A stretch of 63,436 nt of DNA, filler included, from Octopus bimaculoides (Eukaryota), in assembly GCF_001194135.2 (NCBI RefSeq). It is 8 parts of 7 records of this genome, joined end to end, with 100 filler letters (N's around TTAATTAATTAA, not from the genome) between each part and the next. Parts side by side here need not be neighbours in the genome. Positions count along the whole stretch, not along the records: positions 1 to 7,327 come from NC_068998.1; positions 7,428 to 14,251 come from NC_068991.1; 6 more parts are not named here. One strand, 5' to 3'. A program made the position numbers and the translations under genes. Positions 1-13,880 of the stretch are shown here, one piece after another. Every line of letters starts with the position of its first letter. The first letter of the stretch is position 1. The notes below the pieces were generated by a model. It was not told the DNA's origin. It did not search any database and saw only the letters and a list, made by a program, of their open reading frames with translations.

Positions 1-1695
1 CACATACACACACACACGCATACCTACACATATATAATGGGCTTTCACACAGTTTCCGTCTACTAAATTGGTCGATCCGGAACTATAGTAGAAGACACGT
101 GCCCAAGTTGCAGCGCAGAGTGGCTGAACCCGGAACCTCGTGGTTGGTAAGCGAGCGTCTTTATCACACACACACCCAAATATTCATATACGCACCTATA
201 CCCACCCACAAATATTTCCATACACCTACACACATCTATAGACTTCTATATACACGTATAAATATCCAGATATTCTTTCCGTGTCCTCGTCTATACCTAT
301 TTTTACATATCTACAAACGCCTACATATTTCACCCTTTTTTTTTTTACATTTGTTTCATTCACTGGACTGCGACCATGCTGGAGCACCAGCTTAAAGGGT
401 TTTTTTAATTGAACAAATTAACACCAGTACTTAGTTGTTGTTGTTTTCTTTTTCTGAAGTCTGGTATTCTATTTTGCCAAATGATTGGATTACGAAGACG
501 TCAACGAACCAACACCGCTAGTTGCCAAGCAGTGAAGGACAGACACATCAACATAAACACACACACATATATATATATATGTATATACACTCACGCAGAG
601 CGTGGTTGTATGGTAAGAAGCTTGCTTCTGAATCACATGGTTCCGGGTTCAATTTCACTACGTTGCACCTTGGGCAAGTGTCTTCTTCTATAACCTCGGG
701 CCAACTAAAGACTTGTGAGTGAATATGGTAGACGGAAACTAAAGGAAGCCTGTCGAATATCAATATGTCTATTCGTTTGTGTCTGTTTATCTCCTACCAC
801 CGCTTAACTTAGCGGTTCGGCAAATGCGACCGATAGAAAAAGTACCGGGCCTAAAAAAATAAGTACTGGGGTGGTGGTGGTGGGGGCGTTCATACGACCA
901 AAAAATTTTCCATGACTGTGCCCCAGCATGGCCGTAGTCTAATGACTGAAGCAAATATACGATAAAAGATGTTTGTATGTGTGTATTTACGACGGACTTC
1001 TTTAAGTTTCCGTCTACCAAATCTACTCACAAGGCTTTGGTTGACNNNNNNNNNNNNNNNNNNNNNNNNNNNNNNNNNNNNNNNNNNNNNNNNNNNNNNN
1101 NNNNNNNNNNNNNNNNNNNNNNNNNNNNNNNNNNNNNNNNNNNNNNNNNNNNNNNNNNNNNNNNNNNNNNNNNNNNNNNNNNNNNNNNNNNNNNNNNNNN
1201 NNNNNNNNNNNNNNNNNNNNNNNNNNNNNNNNNNNNNNNNNNNNNNNNNNNNNNNNNNNNNNNNNNNNNNNNNNNNNNNNNNNNNNNNNNNNNNNNNNNN
1301 NNNNNNNNNNNNNNNNNNNNNNNNNNNNNNNNNNNNNNNNNNNNNNNNNNNNNNNNNNNNNNNNNNNNNNNNNNNNNNNNNNNNNNNNNNNNNNNNNNNN
1401 NNNNNNNNNNNNNNNNNNNNNNNNNNNNNNNNNNNNNNNNNNNNNNNNNNNNNNNNNNNNNNNNNNNNNNNNNNNNNNNNNNNNNNNNNNNNNNNNNNNN
1501 NNNNNNNNNNNNNNNNNNNNNNNNNNNNNNNNNNNNNCAGTAAATATGAATAATAAATTTTTGAAAGATTATTGAAGAAATTAAATTTTGGTAAATTTAA
1601 AAGAAAAGTCTTTTTAAAGGAATAGTATTCAAATAACAGGGGCATTTTTCTTATTTCTGCCTGTCTCTGTTTCACTTGTTAACTCTTGTGGGTTC

Positions 1696-1730
<35 letters not shown>

Positions 1731-2229
1731 TAATCGGCAGAAGTAACTCAGTGGTCGAGTATTTCGTGCATTAGCACTTATCGAGCTACGTGTGTGTGTG
1801 CGCGCACGCGTATGTGTGTAAGTGCGTATGTGTATACACACACACACACACCTATGCATGTAATTGTTCCAAAAGTCAGATGTGAAATGTGCGGGTCCTG
1901 AAACCATGTATGTGTTTGTGTGTGTGTGTGGTTCGAACGCAAACTACACATTCCTCTACACCTATCTACACATACTTACACACGTCTATACATGTCTATA
2001 CACATATCACTATCCAGATATTCTTATACACACACCTACGTCTTTCTACACGCAGAGAAGGTGTGGTGATCGAAGCTGGAAAACTGCTGAGATGATAGAT
2101 CATACGATCGGGGATAAACTTCATGCACCACCACCACCAACAACAACAACAGCAACTACTACAACAGCAACCATAACTAATATCAGGTCTAAAGGCCGAG
2201 CGATTTCCTGAATGAAACCTGACGTCAAT

Positions 2230-2289
<60 letters not shown>

Positions 2290-2339
2290 GAAAACTAATC
2301 TGGTGATAGCAAATCAGAAACAAACACAACATTGTTACT

Positions 2340-2545
2340 ATGATCTTACTGCTACTACTACAACTGCTACTACAACTACCGCCGCCACCGCTGCCACCAC
2401 CACAACCGTCACTTCCACCAACGTCCTCGTCACCACCGTCACACGACGCCCACAACTGCCACCACCTGCATCGCCACCCGCACCGCCATCATCACTTCTA
2501 CCACTAATACTGGTTATCACCACCACCACTACCACCTCTACTACA

Positions 2546-2595
<50 letters not shown>

Positions 2596-2631
2596 CACTA
2601 CCACTACCACTACTACTACTACTACAACAAC

Positions 2632-2670
<39 letters not shown>

Positions 2671-2740
2671 TGATGATGATGATGTTAATAATAATTATAA
2701 TAATGATAATAATAATAGCAACAACAATAATTATTATAAT
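2340..2740. repeat. Compound trinucleotide microsatellite (ACT/ACC/AAT)n
   Basis: Direct inspection. Confidence 0.9.
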
Positions 2741-3176
2741 ACAACAATAAAAGCTAACGTTAGCATCGTCATGACATCCGTTCTGGGACGGCATTGCAAC
2801 ACTGGTGGACCGAGGGATTCTATTGTTGCCAATACAATAATAAAGAATTCATCAGGAAATACGACAAAAGATTGGCGAAAACTGGAACTTAGTCATGCTT
2901 TTTAATAAACCACCCACATCCACCTCTGCCTCCTCATCTGTCCCATCCTCCTCCTCTGCTGCATCATCGTCATTTTCTTCTTCCGTCTCAGCAAAGTGTG
3001 AGTCTATATTGTAAATAATAATAAGACGCTGTTGCATTCATCATTGACCAATCGGCTTTAGCCATTGCTGCTCATCCGTTTCATATGTTGATAGCGTCGC
3101 TAAATATAATGATATTCTATACAGCGTCGGACTGTGCGTGTATGTATGTATGTATGTATACTTACATAAGCACATA

Positions 3177-3386
3177 CGAGGTAGGTGTGCGGAAAAGTTC
3201 CTGACTTTGCGTAAAAAGAAAATACAGGAGGATCAGTCAATTATGATTTTATTCAACATATTCCCCTTTCAGATTCATTCACTTATTGCTGCGGTCCTTC
3301 ATTTTTCTAAGCCCAGCAAAAGAGAACTCGGAAGATTGGGTTTCCAACTAGGCTTTTCGCAACAAGAACTTTTCAGCATCCCCTCG
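3177..3386. mobile_element. Mariner-derived MITE
   Basis: TA|cgaggtaggtgtgcggaaaagttcc ... gaacttttcagcatcccctcg|TA: imperfect terminal inverted repeats with TA duplication; no ORF. Confidence 0.7.
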
Positions 3387-3419
3387 TATATCCATGTTCC
3401 GTAGTTATTTGAGGTCGAT

Positions 3420-4357
3420 TGTATGAGTTTAGAACAATACGCATGGCTCATCAAAGAAAAGCTGTAGTCGGAAACAAATTTGTTGAAATAATCTTGAGAA
3501 ACATTTCCTTGCATCTTTTCCCTAAATCCACCGTTAGCATCAATGGCTGCTTCAACACAGCGTCGGGAGCGTTAACGTTCCCGAAGCAGATGATCTTTAT
3601 CAATTTTGGACATAGTGCAGGTTATGCCGACTTAAGAGATTGTATGATGTTATAGGGGTGTTGATTGACTGCTCATTCTGTCTGGGAGAACATGATTATG
3701 GAGATTGACACCCATCCACGCTTAGGTTGTCATGAAGACGCGTGGCTTAGTGGTTAGGGCATTCGGCTCACAATCGTAAGGTCGTGAGTTCGATTCCCGG
3801 CGAAGCGTTGTGTCCTTCAGCAAGACACTTTAGTTCACGTTGCTCCAGTCCACTGAGCTGGCAAAAATGAGTGGTACCTGTATTTCAAAGGGCCATCCTT
3901 GTCACGCCGAATCTCCCTGAGAACTACGTTAGGGGTACACGTGTCTGTGGATTGCTCAGTCACTTGCACGTTAATTTCATGAGCAGACTGTTTCGTTGAT
4001 CGGATCAGCTGGGACCCTCGTCGTCGTAACCGACGGAGTGCTCCTAGGTTGTCATAGCTTTATGTGACGGCGCAGAGTTTTGTTGGAAGACATACAGTCT
4101 TCCGTTGCGTACTGTTAATCCAGGGTCCCACAACTTTCTCCAACACCTCTGTGTAGTAAGCGGCATTGGCTCTTAAGCCCCTTGAAAAAAAAATAGTAAG
4201 GAGGCACCACACTTTCCTCGTTGCTGACGACTCTCAGAAACATCACAGTTGCTGGGAAGTTAGTACGCATAACCGTTGGAACCTCATTCAGGGACTCTAC
4301 ATAACCATTTGTTGCTCCTTCGGTTTGCCTTTTTGTCCTGATCGAAGTTTTTCTCAT
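3420..4357 (-). mobile_element. Decayed Tc1/mariner transposase (DDE region and C-terminus), split by a SINE
   Basis: Frameshifted translation gives EKNFDQDKKANRRSNKWLC, VPTVMRTNFPATVM, VFQQNSAPSHKA and EAAIDANGGF. Confidence 0.8.
3734..4044 (+). mobile_element. tRNA-derived SINE (family C here; relatives at ~28281-28580, 53020-53170, 54255-54440, 63310-63436)
   Basis: A box TGGCTTAGTGG, B box GTTCGATTCC, CORE-like tgtccttcagcaagacactt. Flanked by 11-bp TSD taggttgtcat. Confidence 0.85.
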
Positions 4358-5501
4358 TCACACGCTTATACGTACACACGCATATACGCATACAGAGATG
4401 TATTTGCATACAGCTACATACACACACGCATACATACATACATACACGCACGCATGCAGATACAGACAAGATACGCATTCACATACGCACACACACACAC
4501 ACACACACACACAGAGGCACACATACACGGGTACAGACACACGTATGCACGAGCATATTCCTACAGACACACATACGAATGCACACACATACACACACAC
4601 ACATACATGCATCCCCCCCCCACGCCCTACCCCACCCTACCCACATATCCTTCTCTATTTCTTTGATGGCTTGTTCAGAATTAATTCCATATTCTGAACT
4701 GTTGCCAACCAAAGTCTACGGCAGGTGGTTCTAGTTTACTTTCGTATCTGCCTCCACTGATAAGAGAACTGCTCAGCTCCATTACACTCGTAAAGATTGT
4801 CGGATCAGAGAATGAGTTTCCTCGTCTGATCGATATCGAATCGAGAGTATTTTAAACGCTTCTTACTGTAGAAAGGTAAGGGGTGTGGCAGGGAAAGAAA
4901 GAGAGATAGGAAAGAAGGAAGGAAAGAAGGAAGAAAGGAAGAAAGAAGGAAGGGAGAAAGGTAGGAAGGAAGGGGGAGAAAGAAAGAAAGAAAAGTGAAA
5001 GATAGAAAGGATGGAAGGAAGAAAGGAGGGGAGAAAGAGAAAGAAAAAAGGAAGGGAGAAAAGAAGAAAGAAAGAACAAAGGAAGAGAGGGGGAGAGAAA
5101 GATAGAAAGGGAGAAAGGAAACAAGGAAGGGAGGAAGAAAGGAATGAAAGAAAGAAAGAGAGAGGGAGGAAAACAAAAAGAGAAAAAGATTTAGAAAAGA
5201 TGTTTTGCGGACGAAAGAAAAGCGAAAGTAACGCAGTTTTATCTGCATTAGACTGATGTCTATCCGCTCTGATACCCTTCTTATTACCTCAAACTTCCTC
5301 ATGCTGTACACTTCACTGCCAATGGTAGGAATAGCACAGCAGATACACAGAGACGAGGAACTTGAACGCTTATCGTCTCATTTTATCATTTTAATTGAAG
5401 AAAAACGTTTTGAATATAATGTTAATACGGAGAATTAAGAAGATTATCCACTGCCCTATTTTTCTTCCTCATTCTGCTTTATCCTATTGCATTTAGTTGT
5501 T

Positions 5502-5545
<44 letters not shown>

Positions 5546-5559
5546 AATCTATACACACA

Positions 5560-6348
5560 CCTAAGCACACATGGAGCCCCATCTTCTATAAATAGTCTTC
5601 TTTAATCATTTCACCACTGGAGAAGATTGGAAGAAGTCCGTTCTGCAAAAGGAACACATATTTATCTGAGTTTATGTTTCCATTACACTCCACCAGCTCG
5701 GACTGACCATTGCTCCAAATTGCTCCCCAGAACATCACAGAATAGCTGCCTTGTTTCATTGTTGGCAGCAATCTTTTCACTCGACCACTGTCAGAAAATG
5801 CAGCAAATCTGGACTCATCAGAGAATATGACAGTTGCCCAAAATGATAGTGGTCACTCCAACATCTCACTGGCCCAAACTTTTCTCCACACGATATTGGT
5901 TGGTTTAAGAAGTGGCTTCCTTCTTGCTGTTCTGCCATAGTAGCCAAGTTTGTGGAGATACCTGACAACTGGTCAGGGACTGATATCAACTTGTTCTGCT
6001 ATGTTAGAGGCCTTACAATTAAGATTATTCTCCACGCTTTAAATAACAAAGCAACGGGTCCTGTCAGAGGGCTCTAGTCGACATGAGATAGGTGATATGG
6101 ACTCTTTCCCCTCTCTAGTGAATTGCGCAATCACCCTTTTAACTGTAGAAAGTGGGATCCCAAAGCTTTCTGCGATTGTACGCTAAGTCCACCTTAAGAT
6201 TGACCCACAATACGGCCTCTTTCAAATTTGGACAGTTCCAAGGCTTCTTTTGTACATGGCATGATTAAACAGTCACATATAGAACCTAAAACATAGAAAT
6301 GTCCATTAATATGTTTTATGGGATGCCTATTTACTTCTGTCATGCCTG
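5560..6348 (-). mobile_element. Tc1-like transposase pseudogene, 3'-truncated
   Basis: ATG at 6262 (MPCTKEALELSKFERGRIVG), then VIFSDESRF, SVMFWGAIWSNG, INSDKY and EDGAPC. 5' end TA|CAGGCATG. Confidence 0.85.
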
Positions 6349-6723
6349 TATATATATATATATATATATATNNNNNNNNNNNNNNNNNNNNNNNNNNNNN
6401 NNNNNNNNNNNNNNNNNNNNNNNNNNNNNNNNNNNNNNNNNNNNNNNNNNNNNNNNNNNNNNNNNNNNNNNNNNNNNNNNNNNNNNNNNNNNNNNNNNNN
6501 NNNNNNNNNNNNNNNNNNNNNNNNNNNNNNNNNNNNNNNNNNNNNNNNNNNNNNNNNNNNNNNNNNNNNNNNNNNNNNNNNNNNNNNNNNNNNNNNNNNN
6601 NNNNNNNNNNNNNNNNNNNNNNNNNNNNNNNNNNNNNNNNNNNNNNNNNNNNNNNNNNNNNNNNNNNNNNNNNNNNNNNNNNNNNNNNNNNNNNNNNNNN
6701 NNNNNNNNNNNNNNNNNNNNNNN

Positions 6724-6772
<49 letters not shown>

Positions 6773-7272
6773 TACATACATACATACATTTCAACACATA
6801 TATTTATTTATATATGTGTACGTATATTTGTGCGTATGTATGTGTACATGCGCACATGCGAGTGAGTGGCCATGTGCGTGTGTGCGTGAGTGCTCGCGCG
6901 CATGTGTGTGCGTATGTGCTTGTTCACCTCAGTCTAGATAGGCAAGGAAGTTATGAGATCGAATTTCTAGAAGCAATATTCTCAGAGCGACCTTTCAGAC
7001 TCTGGTGATATCCGTTTCCGGGTACGCTACAGGCAATCAGCCCACCCATCCACCCGGATGTATCCACCCATATTCTCTATCCTCTCAAATTACACTTATG
7101 CCATGTTTTAAGGCCAAGAATTTTGTAATCGCCAACACCTCGGCATCATGTTTATGTAATTGTTACACACACACACACGCACTAACGCAACCTGCACATG
7201 AACTCACACATATGTACATATACATACATATACACATACATATATATATATATGTGTGTGTGCGTGTATATG

Positions 7273-7327
<55 letters not shown>

Positions 7328-7489
7328 NNNNNNNNNNNNNNNNNNNNNNNNNNNNNNNNNNNNNNNNNNNNTTAATTAATTAANNNNNNNNNNNNNNNNN
7401 NNNNNNNNNNNNNNNNNNNNNNNNNNNTATATATATATATATATATGCATATACATATGCGGGAATGTGAATGTATGCCTATATATTGG

Positions 7490-9665
7490 ACATGAATTGT
7501 TTGAGTCCCAAAATATAATCTGTAGGATTATGTTGCACATGAATTGAATCTTGAAACATTTGTCCTGGTAATGTTAATGGAGAACCGTATAACAACTTAC
7601 CAGGAGAAAACTTTAAAGAAGTCTTCCTTTAAAGTGGATCTCATCCCTAATAATATTAGAGGTAGAGCTTCTAGCCATTTGTTTGATTCAGTCCTTTAAG
7701 CTGCTTTTAAATGTCTGTGTTAACTTTCAGTCATTTTGTTAGCTTGTGGATGATATAATGATGTTCTGTTTCTATATGAACCTAATAATTTCCTGAATTC
7801 CAAAACAATGAAAGCTTCGAATTGTCTTCCTCTGTCACTTGTTGAAGTTCTTGGACCTCCAAAATGAGAAATCCAGTTTTATAATAATGTTTGTACTATT
7901 GTTGTTGCTGATATGTCCTTGAGTGGTGTGGCGTCTGGCTATCTTGAAACTTGGTCGATGCGGGTCAACAAATACAAATTACCTTTCACAGATAGTAAAG
8001 GACCCACAATGTCTATGTGAACTTGCTGGAACCTAGCGTCTAGATTTGCATAAGTATTCAGAAGTGTTTTGATGTGTCAATGTACTTTAGACTTTTGACA
8101 TTTTAAACAGGATTGTACCTATGAACGTATGTCCTTGTTCATTCCTGACCAAACAAAACAATTGGTAATTAATTTAACTGTTGCTGCACATCCAGGGTGA
8201 GAAAGATTATCTAATACAGAGAAAATACTTCGTCTTTGTTTCTCTGGCTCGAAAGGTCTGGTAAAATCAGTAGGTATGTGGCACCAAATGTGTAAATTAC
8301 TGGAATGTATTGTAATGCAGAAGAATTTTGATTTATGTATTTCTGAAAATTCTTTATCTATGTATTCATTAGTGTGAATTGCATCTATATTTAAATGAGA
8401 TAAAGCATCTGATGCAGAATTATTTGAAACCTTGATAAAACGAATATCCACAGTATACAAAGATATGTAATCAAGGTGACAAATTTCTATAGGAGAATAA
8501 TTTTCTGATGACCTTCGTAATGTACAAGTTACCAGTTTGTGGTTTGTATATAAAATAAATGACCTACCTTCAAGAAGATGTCTGAAGTGATTAGGTATGC
8601 TGCCAACCGTTCTCTTCCAAAAGTGCTGTATTTTTTTTTTTTTACACAAGTGGTTGCTTAGTATCATCAATGTTTTGTTGCAACACTTCACCAATTCCTA
8701 CGTCTGAAGCATTGACTATCAATGATAGTTTTGCATTAGGAACTGGGTGTGTTAATAATGTGACAGAGCTTAGCTTTTCCTTAATGTCTTGGAATGCTAG
8801 AAATTCTTCTGCACCAAGTTGAATTCCTTCATTCTTCTAACGGTTCTTCAATAGTAAGGTTTCTGTACAGTGGAAGTAAGGGTTCTGTACAGTGTTGACT
8901 GAAAGGTCTATAAAAATTTATTAGTCCAAAAATCTCTCTAAGCTTTCACAACGAATTTGGAGTTTGGAACTTTCTTATCGCTTCTATTTTTTCAGGTAGT
9001 GGTTTGATTCCATCTTTGTCAATGATATGACCTAAAAAAGACATACTTTCTACACCAAAAACACAGCAGAGTTGATGACAATTTCGCATTTGGCAAGTCT
9101 TTGGAAAGTTGGTCTAAGTGAACTTTATGATGTTCTTCTGCCTTACTTGCAATTCAGAGATCATCAACGTAGGCAAAAACGAAATTAAGATTCTCGTCAC
9201 TTCATCAATGAATCTTTGAAAGGTGTTTGTGGCATTTTTAAGCCCGAATAACATACTGAAAAACTCAAATAACCCAAATTGTGTTGCAATTGCTGTTTCC
9301 AGTATGTCTTTCTCTTCAACAGGGATTTAGTTGTATGCTCTTACTAGATCTATTTTGGGAAAGATAGTACAACCGTCTAAAGATGTTGTGAAATCATGAA
9401 GAAGCGGAATTGTATACCTGTCTGGTATCATTATGGCATTTAATTTTCTCCAATTGTTGTGCCCTATTTTTTTTCCTAAATGTAAAGGAGGCGACCAAAA
9501 ACTAGAAGATGGTCAAATTATTCCAAAGCCCATCATATAACGAAATTCGTTTTTTGCTCCTTCAAGTTTTTCAGGAGGAAGTCTAGGTGGCCTTGAATGA
9601 TGATATGATGTGTGCCTGAATGAGCATATTGATTATCTATATATATATAAAATTGAGAATGTATA

Positions 9666-9696
<31 letters not shown>

Positions 9697-10343
9697 NNNN
9701 NNNNNNNNNNNNNNNNNNNNNNNNNNNNNNNNNNNNNNNNNNNNNNNNNNNNNNNNNNNNNNNNNNNNNNNNNNNNNNNNNNNNNNNNNNNNNNNNNNNN
9801 NNNNNNNNNNNNNNNNNNNNNNNNNNNNNNNNNNNNNNNNNNNNNNNNNNNNNNNNNNNNNNNNNNNNNNNNNNNNNNNNNNNNNNNNNNNNNNNNNNNN
9901 NNNNNNNNNNNNNNNNNNNNNNNNNNNNNNNNNNNNNNNNNNNNNNAATTTCATTCAAATTTTACACATGCCTTACTTAGGGTCCCGGTTGTGTTTTAGT
10001 CAAAATAAAATTTTTAACTTCTTGCATAGTTCGAGCCCACAGCAACATAATATCTCCTCCACTATTTAAGTATTACGTGTCAAAAGTGAAACAAAAACAC
10101 TCATGTCAAATACTTTCACTTTAAAAATGAAACTTTTCCACTTTTTCAGTATCAACACTGAAACTATCACATTTCGATACTGCAATGACAGATACTTTCA
10201 CTTTAATGGTTTCATTTTCAAACTGAATCTACTACAGTGAAACTATATTCACATATATACAGGCATGCATACATATATACATACATACATGCATATATAT
10301 ATCTTCAAAAATGTATCCATATACATGTATATATATACATATG

Positions 10344-10377
<34 letters not shown>

Positions 10378-13060
10378 TGTATATGTATACATGTATATGT
10401 ACACGTATATGTATAGATCTATATGCATACATGTATATGTATACATATGTGTAGATGTATATATATATAGATGTGCGTGTAATATGTACACATATATACA
10501 TGCATACAGATATCTATACATATATACCCCCCCACACACACACACACATACACATGCACACAAACACACACATTACTCATTTGTTTTTTTATCCAAAACT
10601 ACGTCAAAAGTACTGAATGGATCTTTATGAAATTTGGAAATTATATTCTATGCATAACGGCCATAACCCCCATGAAAATTCATATATTTTTGATGTTGAT
10701 GAAATTTTAACCATACATATTACACGCAAATAAATTAATATTTCTAAAATTTCTTGACCTTAGAAGTTACATAGACCCTTTCATGGGGAATTCACACCCA
10801 AAATTTAGTCATTTTTTCCTAAGCAAAGACGAATACAGTTATACTATTGGAACCTATAGGGTCACCCGAACATAACAGATGAGCATTATTTGTAATTCAA
10901 CGGTACAATAGTGTAAGACTATCCTTTCAGATATACTTACATTGTGATTTCGGCTATGTTGTGCATAAATTGTGAAATTCAAACAATATATATTAGACCC
11001 AAGTTAAAAACATTCCCAACAATTCAACTTCTCTGGTTGACATTAACACACCCACTCCCAATTAGGGCCTTAACTCCTACATTTTTCAGCTCCAAGAGCT
11101 CCATTTTTCAGGAGCAAAATCCTTTTTACAGGATCCATAACACTAGAATTTTCGAATATGCGCATAAATATCACATATATAAAGATGAGAATGTGTGTCT
11201 GTGTGAATCCCTAAAACTCCAGAACTACACAACCAATTTCATTCCAAATTAACACATGCCTTACTTAGGGTCCAATTTTTAACTTCTTGCGTAGTTCGAG
11301 CCCACAGCAATATCATATCTCCTCCACTATTTCACTATTACGTGTCAAAATTGAAACAATAACATCACTCTACTGTAATGTCAGATACTTTCACTTTAAC
11401 ACTGAAACTATTTTTAACTTCTTGCATAGTTCGAGCCCTCAGCAATATCATATCTCCTCCACTATTTCAGTATTACGTGTCAAAATTGAAACAATAACAT
11501 CACTCTACTGTAATGTCAGATACTTTAACTTTAACACTGAAACTATTCCACTATTTCAGTATTACATGTCAAAAATGAAGCAATAACATGTCGCTACTGT
11601 AGGTTCAAATACTTTCACTTTAATACTTTCAGTTTCATACTGAAACTATTAAAGTGAAACTATACTCTCACATATATACAGGCATACTATAAGACCCAAG
11701 TTAAAAACATTCCCAACAATTCAAATTCTTTGGTTGACATTAATACACCCACCCCCAATAGGGGCCTTCATTCCCATATTTTACAGCTCCATGAGCTCCA
11801 TTTTTCAGGAGCAAAATCCTTTTTACAGGTTCCAGAAGACTGAAATTTTGGAATATGCGCATAAAGATCAATAGTATGGGATACATGTCTCATGATTAGA
11901 ATTTTTTTTAGGGTGTGTAAAGAGGGAAAGAACCCTTATGTGCAATTTTGATGAAATTCGAATCATATGTATTCCAGTTCCTGACAGAAAATATAAGAGA
12001 AAAGTTTCATTCTTCAATTGCATGTAACACAGGCAATGCCGGGTATCTCTGCTAGTTCTTTGATAAAGGTTTTATTATTCTCGGATATTTTTGCAAGATT
12101 TTATGATATGGATTTCTCGACAACACTAAAAATTATAGTTGGCTGACTGTAGATTTTTTACATTTCATGCCTTGCACAGAAAGAGCAGTTACCACATCAA
12201 ATAGTCTTTGGTTTTTGACATCTACCAATAATTCAAAATGTGACAAGAAATCCACCCCTAAAATTGGTTAGGGCAAATGTGCCACTATTGAAGATTCTTT
12301 GTAAGTTAAGATCAAACGTCTTAGACATTTCACCAAAAGTTCTGATATTTGAATGGTTTGTGTCTTGTGTTATGCTAGTGACCTTTGCTTTATCTCTCAG
12401 TAAAAACTAACAGACCAAATACTACATGCAGCACCAGTGTCGACTAAAAATTTTTTGTTCGAATTGACATCGAAGATAAAAAATATGTGAAACATTGTCC
12501 AACAACAGCTGAAATTACCTCTTCGAATTTTTAAAATTTCATCTATTTGTGAAGTAAGTGATGATATTACACTATCTGTTTGCAGGTTAGTAGCAACTGT
12601 ATTACCTATTGTGTTTAGATTTCATGTTCCCGTAGTGCCTATTATGTCATCAGATAGTTCTGCTAATTGGGTTATTGAATTTTGTTCTTGAAAAGTAGAT
12701 AAAAGAGTCTGCAAATTGACTGGGAATTTAGAAAAGAAAGTATCCTTTAGAAACGACTCTTCAACCTTATCCTTTCCTAAAAGATCTTTCAATCTGTGCA
12801 GAAATTGTGGGGGAAAACGCTTTTGTTTTGAGACCAAGGTAAGATTCAAAATTTCCTCTTTAGTGGATTTGTATGAATCTTGACAAAGAGGATCAGTTAA
12901 TATATCTCTAGTTTCATTGCTTAATGGAGGAGGTGTTATCATTAAATTGTATTTTTCTGAGCCTGAAGTTATCTTGTTAGCTGCGAAACTTACTTCTAGC
13001 TGTGCCAACCAAATTTCTATTTCCTGGCTAAGGTGGTGAAGAAATTGCAATTGCTGCTTG
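7490..13060 (-). mobile_element. Decayed Ty3/gypsy LTR retrotransposon (gag-protease-RT-RNaseH-integrase), interrupted at 9636-12055
   Basis: Gag-like EIWLAQLEVSFAANKIT (12622-13050), protease FLVDTGA (~12430-12450), RT KIDLVRAY / FGLKNATNTFQRFIDEV, RNaseH FILYTNHK...ASDALSH, integrase HPG...FVWSGMNKDI and HIDIVGP. Order PR-RT-RH-IN is gypsy-type; many stops and frameshifts. Confidence 0.9.
9636..12055 (+). mobile_element. Non-autonomous Helitron-like element inserted in the gypsy pol
   Basis: 5' A|TCTATATATATAAAA, 3' ggcaatgcc...gCTAG|T, A/T target with no TSD. The two flanks rejoin into gypsy pol sequence. Confidence 0.75.
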
Positions 13061-13599
13061 TGTTTGATTTGTTTCTAAATCTAATAGAAATCTAAATTTC
13101 TATTATCTTTAGCTATTTGGATATGTAATAATAAAGGGGAAGAAAGAGAAAAAAAACTTGATTGTCTGCTCACACTGTCTTTATAATGTTGTATTTTCAA
13201 CTTTGCTTTTAGAAAGTGCAGTCAAAACCCTTTTTTTGACATTTGTTTGCTTGTTCATGTTTGTACACACCAGGCGGTCATCAGTTTAACCTATTTACCT
13301 TTTGGTGGTTCTTCATTTAATTCTTTTTAAGGTTCGTAGGTTGTTTTCTAACCAACACTCAAGAAATTAAGTAAATCTGACTCATAAGGTCAACATTTAC
13401 TTTATTAAATTCAAATTTGATCGTTTAAACAGTATTATAAATAAAACAGGAGTGCTCTCAAGTTTACTTGTTTTTTTTAGAAGGCATGTGATAAAAGGCT
13501 TTTTCCTAATTCTTTTTTTCTAAGAGTATACTTGTTGAGAAGGAGACGTATTGAATTTCTTATCTAATTCCTCAAACTAATCTACACAAAATCATGACC

Positions 13600-13880
13600 T
13601 TAAATCATTTATGACATATCAATCTAACCCTAAAGTTACATTGATATGTTCAGGGAAGTCAGACATAGGTAGACTAGGTAAAATTATTTTCGATAAATAT
13701 ATACATAATAGATAACTACTATTCTTCCACCCTACTTTCTTAAATAGTGCACTTATTTTCACTAGAAAACATACTAGCCTTATTATGGAAGAAATCAACA
13801 TTATACTAACAGCCTGTAGATCTGTAATGAACTTCAACAATAAATTATGGACCAGAAAAGATACTCCCAATTGTTTTGAT
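13600..13880 (+). mobile_element. Penelope-like element RT fragment
   Basis: Translates NPKVTLICSGKSDIGRLGKIIFDK ... EEINIILTACRSVMNFNNKLWTRKDTPNCFDI, resembling PLE RT motifs (NPKxRLINPAKSxIG; WxKKxxxxFDV). Confidence 0.6.

Noticed and set aside
2303-2905. 200-aa Thr/Asn-rich ORF
   Set aside because: Mostly trinucleotide microsatellite, with no recognisable domain. It cannot be fully excluded as a low-complexity exon.
2852-3037. Acidic minus-strand ORF (EEENDDDAAEEEDG)
   Set aside because: Low-complexity, with no partner exons or homology recognised.
3734-3805. tRNA gene
   Set aside because: A and B boxes are present, but the sequence continues into a multi-copy SINE body with a TSD and does not close a cloverleaf acceptor stem.
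4224-4244. CTGACGA...GAAAC hammerhead look-alike
   Set aside because: No stem II can form, and it lies on the antisense strand of transposase coding sequence.
7372-7383. Recurring TTAATTAATTAA between N runs (seven times)
   Set aside because: Always exactly 44 N + 12 nt + 44 N, with stops in all frames; an assembly placeholder, not biology.
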